Of a DNA stretch of 64,000 nt, positions 41,528 to 50,541 are shown one piece after another (position 1 is the stretch's first letter; each line of letters starts with the position of its first letter). The position numbers and the translations under genes were made by a program. The DNA is from a virus. The notes beneath the pieces were generated by a model. That model worked only from the letters and a program-made list of their open reading frames with translations. It was not told where the DNA came from and did not search any database. The stretch covers positions 1-64,000 of IMG/VR virus record IMGVR_UViG_3300037584_002838. One strand, written 5' to 3'.

Positions 41528-42427
41528 TCACTCGTTGGTATTACATCTCTCATTCTTATTGTCATTTATATTCACTCCTTTTATTTCGGACATCTTATTA
41601 TATCCTAGCATTTCTATTATTTTCTTACTTGTCTTTCCTATTGCAGACAAGGAAACATCAGTGCTTTCTGATATTTCTGATTTAGTAATTCCTGTGTATC
41701 TACACATATTTACTGCTACCCAACATATACTTGAGTAGTATGCTCTTGGTTTATTGTAACAGTGATATTCAGTAATAGGTTCCATCTTCAACAGTAAATC
41801 AACTGCGTTAGAATAGAACATAATATCATCAGTTATTTTACTACAAGTTTGCTTGAGCAAAAAGGTAGGGTCGGCACCATACAAGATATTCTTATTCTTG
41901 AAATGATGAACCATTCTTTGAACCAACCTATTTACTATCTTAGTGGAACAAGAATACTCTGAACATAGTTTCTTCATTTCTATCGGAGTTCTATTCTCTT
42001 TGAGAACATAACATACAGTAGCAGTACATCTTGTTTCTAACTTAATGTTGCCAAACAAACCCTTTCTCTGCGCTTGCATGTAGCATTCTTCTACTCTATC
42101 CTTGAGAGGATGGTTTATCTGAATAGAAGATAATATCATATTACAGGTCTGTAATGCTTGAGTAATATGTCTTGGTATTGCTAAGTTATTTCCTCTAACA
42201 TTAAACTTAGAAGAACCTTTGCCGCTAATTACAGAACCTAATTTGCCCCTATCGGCACTATGAGTAACATTGCCATCATCAACCATTCTTACAGTTTCCT
42301 CAAACAATTCTGTGACTACTACTAAACCACAATCACTGCATTCAGTTTCGCCCATTCTTTCGTTGTAATTAAATATCAGACTTCCACATTCCACACATTT
42401 CATTTTCATTCCTCCCTTCATTTTCAT
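41528..42427 (-). CDS. tfb: Viral transcription factor B (TFB/TFIIB-like)
   Basis: N-terminal Zn ribbon CVECGS...GETECSDCGLV followed by two cyclin-like helical repeats. Confidence 0.8.
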   Translation of the reverse strand: MKMKGGMKMKCVECGSLIFNYNERMGETECSDCGLVVVTELFEETVRMVDDGNVTHSADRGKLGSVISGKGSSKFNVRGNNLAIPRHITQALQTCNMILSSIQINHPLKDRVEECYMQAQRKGLFGNIKLETRCTATVCYVLKENRTPIEMKKLCSEYSCSTKIVNRLVQRMVHHFKNKNILYGADPTFLLKQTCSKITDDIMFYSNAVDLLLKMEPITEYHCYNKPRAYYSSICWVAVNMCRYTGITKSEISESTDVSLSAIGKTSKKIIEMLGYNKMSEIKGVNINDNKNERCNTNE

Positions 42428-43724
42428 TTGTCTTAATGTAAGATTTGATAGTGCTGACTAATACTACTGTCATTGTGTCGTTTAACAGTGCTAATGCTCT
42501 TGCTACGAATTGGTCGCCAACAGAAGAACCTGCTGACATATTATCAATACATATTGGCCCTTTCCATCTTGGTTCATTAGTAGGTTTTTGTGGGATTTGT
42601 ATAAGTTGGTTTAATACTGAGTCGGTTAAGCCCTCTCCCCCTGCTTTAAGATATGACTTTTTATCAACCACATCATCAACAATCTCATATCCCGCATTCA
42701 TCAATATCTCTCTATTATGCTCGACAGTTTCATTATATGAATCAATCCACTTTAATTCTGCTTGAGCGAACTCGGAATCGTTTTGATTGGTATTCCAAAC
42801 AAAGGTAGATACTGCTTGAATATCGGACTTGAATTGGTTATCTGTTATCTTCCAATCCCAACCCTTTCCACGAATATACATAGCATCGGGTTCACCCTCA
42901 TCATTCCATTCTACCTTAATTCTGTCGGGGTATCTTTGTTCGACTTCCTTAACTAATTCTCTTGCTCTTTTCTCAACAATGTCCTGTTGCCTATTTTGCT
43001 TCATAAACTCTTTCATAACCTTAATATCAGACATTTTAGGAGATACACCCATAGTTCTTTCATACAGGATTTCCGGTGAAGTAAAAGCCCACTTCTTGCT
43101 TCTTCTATGATTATGTAAGTAGAAGGAACAGAACGATTCTAACTCTTTAGAAGTTAGTGTTCCCCAAACACCATCAGCAACTTCAATAGCGATTTCGTTA
43201 TCTCCGATTTGTTGGCAGTTTAGCCTAACACTAACTTTATTGAAATCATCAAAGAAGTGATAAGGTACTCTATTCTCTAAACAATATTTTACATCTTCCG
43301 GCAGTGACAATGAAGAATACAAAGATTTCATTAATTTACCCGCATCTTTTTCTGTAACTGACTTAAAAACTAATCTTCCTAAAGCAGAAGCAATAGTGTT
43401 CAAACTCTCACTTTTACCATTAAGACTCAATCTATTATTAGTTCTGCCAAGTGCTAGAAAACACCCACCAATATTAAGCACCACTTGATAATCTCTATTC
43501 GGAAAATTCATGTATGTACCATGACTACTTCTTCGCCATCCCGAAGTAGTTCTCTTTAATTGACTTTTCATAAACTTAGACAGTGCATCGTGAACAGGGT
43601 CTTTTGCATTCCTATTCCCCTGCAATGTAACCACGCCCGATATGACAACATCTCCTTCTATTTTTGTTTGCCAATATTTTCCACTATCATTCGGTTGTCT
43701 TATTCTTATTCTTAATTCTCCCAT
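42369..43724 (-). CDS. Uncharacterised protein, candidate divergent E2-like domain at C-terminus
   Basis: 451 aa. C-terminal WKGPICIDN resembles the G-x-I-C-L-D E2 active-site loop, and E1/JAB/Ubl genes are nearby. Unverified. Confidence 0.35.
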   Translation of the reverse strand: MGELRIRIRQPNDSGKYWQTKIEGDVVISGVVTLQGNRNAKDPVHDALSKFMKSQLKRTTSGWRRSSHGTYMNFPNRDYQVVLNIGGCFLALGRTNNRLSLNGKSESLNTIASALGRLVFKSVTEKDAGKLMKSLYSSLSLPEDVKYCLENRVPYHFFDDFNKVSVRLNCQQIGDNEIAIEVADGVWGTLTSKELESFCSFYLHNHRRSKKWAFTSPEILYERTMGVSPKMSDIKVMKEFMKQNRQQDIVEKRARELVKEVEQRYPDRIKVEWNDEGEPDAMYIRGKGWDWKITDNQFKSDIQAVSTFVWNTNQNDSEFAQAELKWIDSYNETVEHNREILMNAGYEIVDDVVDKKSYLKAGGEGLTDSVLNQLIQIPQKPTNEPRWKGPICIDNMSAGSSVGDQFVARALALLNDTMTVVLVSTIKSYIKTNENEGRNENEMCGMWKSDI

Positions 43725-43849
43725 TTTATCACATCATATATGTATTATCATCTAATTTTTCTAAACAGGCTAAATGAGCCTCTTTCTTCATTTCTTCGGG
43801 CAATAACAGTTGCCCTCCACAAATCCGACATTTGGTTGCTATTCTTTCT

Positions 43850-44218
43850 TTATACGACCAATGGCTCTTTGTGTATTCTGGATTCTTTTCCTTCATTATT
43901 CCACCTCTCTAATTTCGCACATACTTCACAATACTTATTACAATTTTTATCGTGGTAATACAAGGCATCAAGTCTTTCATTGAAATGTTTTTTTGCAAAC
44001 TTTCTGAAACCCATTTCAACGGCTTCATTATTTTCCCACAAAACTATTTTTAGACTTTGCCATAATCTAAATCGCTTATCCTTTTCTTCAGAAAGCGAAT
44101 CACAAACATTGAATGTTTGTCTTAATCTTTTTCTTGCTTTTTTAGACCAATCGAAAGTTGTCACTACTCTTTTCATATCCTTATAGGACATATTGCGGAG
44201 TCGTGGCAACCTATACAT
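43850..44218 (-). CDS. Hypothetical protein
   Basis: 122 aa with CxxxCxxC and a GGTGA RBS. Confidence 0.5.
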   Translation of the reverse strand: MYRLPRLRNMSYKDMKRVVTTFDWSKKARKRLRQTFNVCDSLSEEKDKRFRLWQSLKIVLWENNEAVEMGFRKFAKKHFNERLDALYYHDKNCNKYCEVCAKLERWNNEGKESRIHKEPLVV

Positions 44219-44226
44219 TATTTCAC

Positions 44227-46086
44227 CTATACTTCACAAGCACCGCCAGCACAAGCCAATTCGCCTGTTAAGTCGGTATTATCTTCGGTTTCTAAAACCT
44301 GTGTTAAATCTATATTCTTTAGATTCTTAGACATAGTTAGATAAGTTTCCTCATCAATCGTTTCAAAGGGTGCCTGTTTGTATGTTCCTCCATCATAAGG
44401 CAATACAGACAGACCGTTGTAATAATGTCTATTCATCCAAAGCCATTCACCAACATCATCCCATTCATCATCTTTTACAGATATTGTTGCTGAAACATTA
44501 TGGGTATTCAGACCATCTACATGACCTGCTCTAACCCAACGAATACTGAAGTTTTTTACACGCTCTAATAAATCAAATACTGATTCATGCCGTGTAATAG
44601 AACCGGCAGGTGATTTCTGCGGTATAGAAATAACTGCCTGTTCATCAGGATTAAAGTATTCATCTTCAACCAAGTCCGGTTGATTCTTTAGTAGATAAGA
44701 ATATATTGCTTCATTCTTACCGACTCTAATCCTACGAATATAATAGTTATCATGCCAAGCATGAATACCACTACTTGTACCTAATACAAGTGAAGTGGTT
44801 CCCGCAGGTTTTACACAAGTAATCCTTGCGGCGGGCTTTACTCCAATGAGTTTGGAAATATGCTTATTTTCCTGTTTAGCGGCAAATGCAGCCATTTCCA
44901 AATCTAAGCCTTCAACAACATTAGAAGCAATACCCGTCATAGATACACCAAGCAAAGAATCCTTTTCCGTATTCTTTCTCCATACTTCTCTAAGGTAATG
45001 AAAATCTGTATAACCTGCTTGCAATGTTCCTAAGAAAGAAGCGGCTCTTACCCTTGCTTCTAAATCGGCTTGGTCTTTTACATCAGAAGCATTTACTTCT
45101 GTAAGATTACAAAACTGATATGGGCGAAGTGCTATTTCACAACAAGGATTAGTACCCCAATCTTTGTCATTACTAAAATAAACGGCTGGTTCGCCACTGC
45201 CACTATGTTGTATTCTTTCCCATAGACCCATAAAGAAGTTTTTAGTTACTCTATGTCTAAGAATAACTGCTGAATTATTTGCACGACCTCTTTGTGGATT
45301 ATTTTCCCACCAATTACCGGACTTACAACTAATCATCTTTGAATCATCAGCACTGAATAAACTAATCATAGCGGCTCTACGAATACCGCCTGCTAATACT
45401 GCATCTGCTAAATAACACATAATATCATGTGCTTCAATTGAATCTAATTTAGAGCCATTAGTTTTATTTTGGAGTATTCCTTCTATTTTAACTAAACATT
45501 CCCTTAATGGCTGAAAACCCGGTGCTTTACCGCCACTAGTCTTTAATAGCGTTCCTTTTGGTCTAATATCAGAATAATCAAAAATAGGACTACTACTCCT
45601 ATTTCCGGTATAACACTCCAAAAGGATTTTAATTGAATCAGCCCATCCCTCGATAGAATCGCTAATAAGATACCTGCGTTTTCTTTCGGGATTAGGTTGT
45701 ATGATTTCCGGTAATTCATCAATATGATGTCTTTGGACTGAATATCCAACCCCCGTTCCACCGAGAAGCAAGAACATAGCCTCGCTAAAAGATAAAATGG
45801 AATCAATAGGCATATAAGCACAATTATACACCCTATTTGGACTAATTTCAATAGGCTTGCCCCCAAATTGCATAGACCGCATAGAAGGGAGGACTTTCTT
45901 TGTTTTGACATATCGCTCATATACTTCACCAATTTCTTTGGTTAATTCGGGATATTTCTTAATGTGCATATTTCTATTCCTTGTAACTATTTCATTCCAA
46001 GTTTCTCTTCTTTCGTGTGCAGGTAAATACCTTGCATACTTCATATGTACTGTAATATCCGATAATGTTTCAATTTCATTCGACAT
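44227..46086 (-). CDS. nrdJ: Class II (B12-dependent) ribonucleotide reductase
   Basis: NCAY, GGIRRAA, TNPCCEI, CNLTE, KPAGTTS and C-terminal CAGGACEV. No beta-subunit gene in the window. Confidence 0.9.
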   Translation of the reverse strand: MSNEIETLSDITVHMKYARYLPAHERRETWNEIVTRNRNMHIKKYPELTKEIGEVYERYVKTKKVLPSMRSMQFGGKPIEISPNRVYNCAYMPIDSILSFSEAMFLLLGGTGVGYSVQRHHIDELPEIIQPNPERKRRYLISDSIEGWADSIKILLECYTGNRSSSPIFDYSDIRPKGTLLKTSGGKAPGFQPLRECLVKIEGILQNKTNGSKLDSIEAHDIMCYLADAVLAGGIRRAAMISLFSADDSKMISCKSGNWWENNPQRGRANNSAVILRHRVTKNFFMGLWERIQHSGSGEPAVYFSNDKDWGTNPCCEIALRPYQFCNLTEVNASDVKDQADLEARVRAASFLGTLQAGYTDFHYLREVWRKNTEKDSLLGVSMTGIASNVVEGLDLEMAAFAAKQENKHISKLIGVKPAARITCVKPAGTTSLVLGTSSGIHAWHDNYYIRRIRVGKNEAIYSYLLKNQPDLVEDEYFNPDEQAVISIPQKSPAGSITRHESVFDLLERVKNFSIRWVRAGHVDGLNTHNVSATISVKDDEWDDVGEWLWMNRHYYNGLSVLPYDGGTYKQAPFETIDEETYLTMSKNLKNIDLTQVLETEDNTDLTGELACAGGACEV

Positions 46087-46104
46087 TCTAAAACCTCATA
46101 ACGC

Positions 46105-46150
46105 AAAAAAAAGGGGAGAGAACGGGTGCCCAAAAACCCGTTCTCCCCCC
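46105..46150 (-). terminator. Terminator downstream of the Ubl gene
   Basis: Hairpin GGGGAGAGAACGGGT...ACCCGTTCTCCCCC followed by a U-tract on the minus strand. Confidence 0.75.
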
Positions 46151-46180
46151 AAAAGAGCAGACTAACTCTACTTAATGAAA

Positions 46181-46381
46181 TTAACCGCCTACAATAGCAG
46201 GTGTCAAATCCACCATTTCTACATCGTCCCAATTAACTTCGCTGATTGCTTCTCTTGCTACCAATTCACCGTTGATAAATACCCAATGAGTCGGGTGTGT
46301 ATCAATCTGCTCGATAACTTCCTCAGAAGCCATAACCAATTCAGTATGTCCTGTTTCGTTCAAAATAGTAATCTTAATCAT
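46181..46381 (-). CDS. Ubiquitin-like (beta-grasp, SAMP/ThiS/MoaD-like) protein ending in Gly-Gly
   Basis: 66 aa with IKITIL, VFING and V.LTPAIVGG-stop. Confidence 0.85.
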   Translation of the reverse strand: MIKITILNETGHTELVMASEEVIEQIDTHPTHWVFINGELVAREAISEVNWDDVEMVDLTPAIVGG

Positions 46382-46398
46382 CCTATCATCTCCTTAAT

Positions 46399-46424
46399 CT
46401 CTCTATGTTCCCCCTCTATATAAG
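46399..46424 (-). promoter_or_regulatory. TATA promoter with downstream GAACATAGAGAG element (Ubl gene)
   Basis: Minus strand reads CTTATATA-N6-GAACATAGAGAG. The same element and spacing occur at 52903-52928. Confidence 0.65.
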
Positions 46425-46533
46425 CCGAGTCCATCATTCCCAACCACCGCCGTAATCATCGTCACCGAATAAACCGGCCAGCCATATAATCGGGAATGCG
46501 AAGAACGCCGCACCTATCAAACTTCCTAATAAT

Positions 46534-47859
46534 CTAAACATTTTCATTTCTCTCCTTTAATTCTTTAATTTTTTCACTTGCTTTTTTTCTACTAATTCTT
46601 GGGCCTTCATAGCCTAAATCGGCTAAGTATTTCATTTGGGCTTCTGTCGCTGTTTTTGAAACAATCTCTCGTAATGTTTCTAATTGTCTATCTGACAAAG
46701 GTTTCTTGGTACGCATTTGATTCTTGATATTATTCAAGAAGTTTGCCTCCCATCTGCTTGTTGCTATTTCAACACCAAATGGTTCAATACCGTAATACAA
46801 ACACATTTGCCTAAACTCAGGACTATCATTATTATTTTTGAGATTCTGTCTAGCAATCTCAAATTCTTTTGCTTCTCTTTCCTCTCTTTGTCGCCTTAAC
46901 TCTGCTTGTCTTTCACGCCTTTTTCTTTCGGCTTCTTCAGCCGCTATTCTACGCTTTTCAACATTTTCCGGTAGATTGTAAATACGCATTCTTTCGGCTT
47001 CTTCAGCCTCACGCCTTTCTCTTTCGATTCTTTCTCTTTCGAGTCTTTCCTCTCTTGCGATTCTTTGCCTTTCCATGCGCTCATTGTATTCGACAGTTGC
47101 TTTTCTCGCTTTAAGCATCATTCTATCGTACTTTTCTTTATACTCTAAAAGACACTTAGCATCAAAAATAATCATATCTTGCCATAACTTATCAGTTGGA
47201 TAACCTCTTGTTCTTGACTGTGCTTTACTATTTTCGGGGTGTTCCCATCTCCAAACAATAGAAGCCATTTGATAATACCTATCTGTTGGCTGATACTTTG
47301 ATTTCTTTCTTAGATGTGCGCTGTAATGGTATTTTTTATCCGTGTAATCATAATACAAATGAGTATCACCCTTTACATTAAATAAAATATCAATCTCCTT
47401 GATTCTCTCATAGATGTCATTAAACATTTTACCGTTTTTGTGCATCCATGCTTCAGCAATCATGGTCTTGGTTCTTTCTTGAATCCAAGTATCTATTTCA
47501 CCATCACTAATATCAGCAATATCTCTACCTGTTCTTACTGAAATCTCTTTCATAATAAGGTAAGTATTAATGTGGTCTGAACCCACACATTCAGTATTGC
47601 CATTTTCTAAGTTTTGGATTTCAAAGTGATATACTACATTATGTCCACAAAGACATTTACTAACTCCTTGTTGTGAATTAGTAACCCATTCAGGCGCATC
47701 ATCATTACCACCCCACCAAACGCTACCGGTAGCAATCCATTCTTCTTTAGCATCTTCATAGTTATCAGCAACGGATAATTCAACCATCCGTTCCATCAAT
47801 TTTCTATCCCAATGCCCTGTTCCTAAACTTCTTTTTGCTACAATTGTTTCAGCCATCAT
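46534..47859 (-). CDS. Hypothetical protein with Cys/His zinc site and charged coiled coil
   Basis: CLCGH...VGSDHI and an E/R-rich helix. Confidence 0.65.
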   Translation of the reverse strand: MMAETIVAKRSLGTGHWDRKLMERMVELSVADNYEDAKEEWIATGSVWWGGNDDAPEWVTNSQQGVSKCLCGHNVVYHFEIQNLENGNTECVGSDHINTYLIMKEISVRTGRDIADISDGEIDTWIQERTKTMIAEAWMHKNGKMFNDIYERIKEIDILFNVKGDTHLYYDYTDKKYHYSAHLRKKSKYQPTDRYYQMASIVWRWEHPENSKAQSRTRGYPTDKLWQDMIIFDAKCLLEYKEKYDRMMLKARKATVEYNERMERQRIAREERLERERIERERREAEEAERMRIYNLPENVEKRRIAAEEAERKRRERQAELRRQREEREAKEFEIARQNLKNNNDSPEFRQMCLYYGIEPFGVEIATSRWEANFLNNIKNQMRTKKPLSDRQLETLREIVSKTATEAQMKYLADLGYEGPRISRKKASEKIKELKERNENV

Positions 47860-48100
47860 TCATCATCTCCAAATCATCTATCTCAAACCTGCGTTGTTCT
47901 TGTAGATAACCTGTAAGAATGGTATCAATCTTCTCCGGTAGATTATCAATTATACCGGCGATTAATCGTCTGTTAAGACTAATCCATATTCTATGATAGG
48001 TATTTAGTACAACTTTTGGTTCATCATTTTCATTCTGCGATATTACTATTGGCGGTAATTCCGCCGTATTTACTACTCTAAATTCTACATTAGTTTTCAT
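47849..48100 (-). CDS. Hypothetical protein
   Basis: 83 aa, coupled to neighbours. Confidence 0.55.
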   Translation of the reverse strand: MKTNVEFRVVNTAELPPIVISQNENDEPKVVLNTYHRIWISLNRRLIAGIIDNLPEKIDTILTGYLQEQRRFEIDDLEMMNDG

Positions 48101-48403
48101 TCATATTCCCCCTGCTACTGCGAACAGACTTGCTATATTTTTGTGGGCTATAAACCCTTCAACAGTATGCAAATAATCCTGTGGATTATTGATGTATTTG
48201 CTGTGATTCACCAACACACTTGCTAAGGTTTGTGCTAACTTTTGGTTACTCAAACCTGAGAGTAACTTAGCCAATTCAAAGCCTAAGTGTTCTCTATAAT
48301 TATCATCCATCATACAGGTAATACATTCCTTCTTAACCATACAATCGTGATGTTCGTCGGGTTCTATCACATACCCTTTACCTTTACATTCTAAACATTC
48401 CAT
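48101..48403 (-). CDS. Zinc-finger protein
   Basis: CLECKGKG...CITC. Confidence 0.55.
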   Translation of the reverse strand: MECLECKGKGYVIEPDEHHDCMVKKECITCMMDDNYREHLGFELAKLLSGLSNQKLAQTLASVLVNHSKYINNPQDYLHTVEGFIAHKNIASLFAVAGGI

Positions 48404-48672
48404 CAGAAATCAGCCTCCAAATCAAAGTTTGGAATTGCTTTTTGAGTCCAATACTGATATGCCGCCATAGCAGTAATCATTATTCTCCAATTAACAGTAT
48501 TAGGATTGTAGACAAATGTTTTGTGAGCATTTGCCAATACTTCAATACACGCACACAATTTTTCATGCTTTATACCAGCATCAATAGAATCATGCACAGT
48601 ACCATATTCCTGTTCTAATAGATTTATAATAAACTCTTCTGTTGTCACTTCTTTATTCATATTTTCACTCAT
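48403..48672 (-). CDS. Hypothetical protein
   Basis: 89 aa, coupled to neighbours. Confidence 0.5.
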   Translation of the reverse strand: MSENMNKEVTTEEFIINLLEQEYGTVHDSIDAGIKHEKLCACIEVLANAHKTFVYNPNTVNWRIMITAMAAYQYWTQKAIPNFDLEADF

Positions 48673-48896
48673 ACTGCTTCCTCTCCTTTTACTTCAAAAA
48701 ACTCTTCTGAAGATACCCAATCACTGTAAGTTACTACAAGTGATTTTACATTGGCTTCCCAACGACCTTCATCATCTTCTTTTCTACTTACCCAAAATTG
48801 TTCTAAATCATTAAGACTATCAAACATAAACTCTGTGTATCTTGCTATTCTATTATCAGCATATATTGTATTTCCATAACTTATATCTATATTCAT
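48669..48896 (-). CDS. Acidic hypothetical protein
   Basis: 75 aa with GGAGG RBS. Confidence 0.5.
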   Translation of the reverse strand: MNIDISYGNTIYADNRIARYTEFMFDSLNDLEQFWVSRKEDDEGRWEANVKSLVVTYSDWVSSEEFFEVKGEEAV

Positions 48897-48900
48897 ATTA

Positions 48901-49119
48901 TTATTCCTCCTTTTTTACAGGTGGTGGAATCCACCGTGAATTGTACTGAGCGTTATAATCTTCTAAACATGGCTCACACAATTTGAAATCTATTACTACT
49001 TCATCATAAGTAGTCACCAAATCATATGACGCTCTTAAACCGCATTTAGCGCATTTTGGCACCGGTATTTCCGGTACTCTTTTTATTTTATTTCTTAACC
49101 AATTAAACATCTTAATCAC
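48901..49119 (-). CDS. Zinc-finger protein
   Basis: CAKC...LCEPC. Confidence 0.5.
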   Translation of the reverse strand: MIKMFNWLRNKIKRVPEIPVPKCAKCGLRASYDLVTTYDEVVIDFKLCEPCLEDYNAQYNSRWIPPPVKKEE

Positions 49120-49123
49120 CTAA

Positions 49124-49464
49124 AGGTAGGGGAGAATAGGTTCATGGGTAACAAACCCCACTATTTCATGGCGAACCTGTAAATCTGCGTATTTACAAGC
49201 ATGAACACACAACTTTTCCTATTTTTACTTGAAAAACCCCAGAATTGGAAAAAGGACTTATGCTTGCTCAAGATTATTTTTGTGAGAAGTTGAGATAACC
49301 ATGCACCGGAAGTACATATTGAAAGTTATTCCTTCTCTAATCCTTTGCCAGCCAAAGATGAGTACCGCTAAGTAGCCCTTTTTTATTAGCAAACCGTTTC
49401 CACAAATCAGTTCGAGAGATAGGAGTAATAGCCCCCAAGACTATCACCAAGATTCTCTCTACCT
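49124..49464. ncRNA. Possible structured non-coding RNA or leader
   Basis: About 340 nt without a track ORF. Ends are complementary (AGGTAGGGGAGAAT / ATTCTCTCTACCT), with internal stems TGTAAAT/ATTTACA and GTTCATG/CATGAAC. Confidence 0.35.
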
Positions 49465-49635
49465 AACCCTTTTCGTGTGGAATCATATCTTTTGATAGGT
49501 GATAATACCCACCAACTTACCTCCTACACTTAATCTTATTACATCTTTTTTTATTTCTAAATTAGTAACATCATCAATATATTGTGATGCCCATTCAATC
49601 AAATATTCCTTGTGTAACTTTTGCATTATATCACC

Positions 49636-49971
49636 TCAGAATGTTTTGCCGTGCATAAACTCACGACTTTCATTATATTCCATTTTAGCAACAATAGCAC
49701 CTGCAACATCTAAATCTTTACCAAAGGCATAATCCATAATGCGAATTACTGCGTCTGCTAGTTCCTCTTCGAGATTACTAAACTCCATAATCTTATTTGA
49801 AGAAGGATTACCTTCACGCAAAGCCTCTAATGCTTCAGAAATCTCTGCATGAATCAGAGCCATTCTTTCACCATCATTTACTTCTTCTTTCCAAAAACCG
49901 TGATTAACTGCATTCCTGTAAATCTTCTTTGCCTTCTTATTCCATTCCTTTTCAAAACTCAAATTCTTCAC
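49636..49971 (-). CDS. MazG-like NTP pyrophosphohydrolase
   Basis: LIHAEISEALEA...EEELADAVIRIMD...KMEYN..R. Confidence 0.85.
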   Translation of the reverse strand: MKNLSFEKEWNKKAKKIYRNAVNHGFWKEEVNDGERMALIHAEISEALEALREGNPSSNKIMEFSNLEEELADAVIRIMDYAFGKDLDVAGAIVAKMEYNESREFMHGKTF

Positions 49972-50197
49972 CTCTTTTAATTGCTAACTTTTCTAATTTA
50001 GCCACATGCTTTTTTGGTGCATGTCTTTTTGCCACAACTTGAATCATTGACTTGCAAGTATGTTCTGCTACCGGAATAACAGTTGAACAATCAGGACATA
50101 CCGGCTTTTTTGTTTTATCGCACCTCGTCACTGATTTGTTTTTACCACAGAAATTACAAGTTTCCTTTTTAGTTTCCATATTCTTTAATCCTACCAT
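49952..50197 (-). CDS. Zinc-finger protein
   Basis: CNFC...C...VCPDC. Confidence 0.5.
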   Translation of the reverse strand: MVGLKNMETKKETCNFCGKNKSVTRCDKTKKPVCPDCSTVIPVAEHTCKSMIQVVAKRHAPKKHVAKLEKLAIKRGEEFEF

Positions 50198-50336
50198 ATT
50201 TATTCCTCCTTACAAATACATCTTGCTTCTAAAGTGCGCTTTGCATCAACAAAATCAACACTACTATGAATATTGTATTTTGCCGTTGCTTCACAGCCAT
50301 TACATCTCATTAACATTATTCTTACTTCTCTTCCAT

Positions 50337-50537
50337 TCATCTAAAATCACCACTTAGAAACTTGTTCGCCCAATCGGAATATCGAGAGAATACAGTAATA
50401 TCATCACTACTGATTCCCTCGATATTCGTTTCGGGGTCTGTTAGGAATATAACCCTTCTTCGGTCATTGTGCCAAAGGACTTCTTTAGTTACACTCCATT
50501 CATCTAACGCTTTTGTCATTATCATATACTTATTCAT
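50337..50537 (-). CDS. Hypothetical protein
   Basis: 66 aa downstream of the helicase. Confidence 0.45.
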   Translation of the reverse strand: MNKYMIMTKALDEWSVTKEVLWHNDRRRVIFLTDPETNIEGISSDDITVFSRYSDWANKFLSGDFR

Positions 50538-50541
50538 ATTA

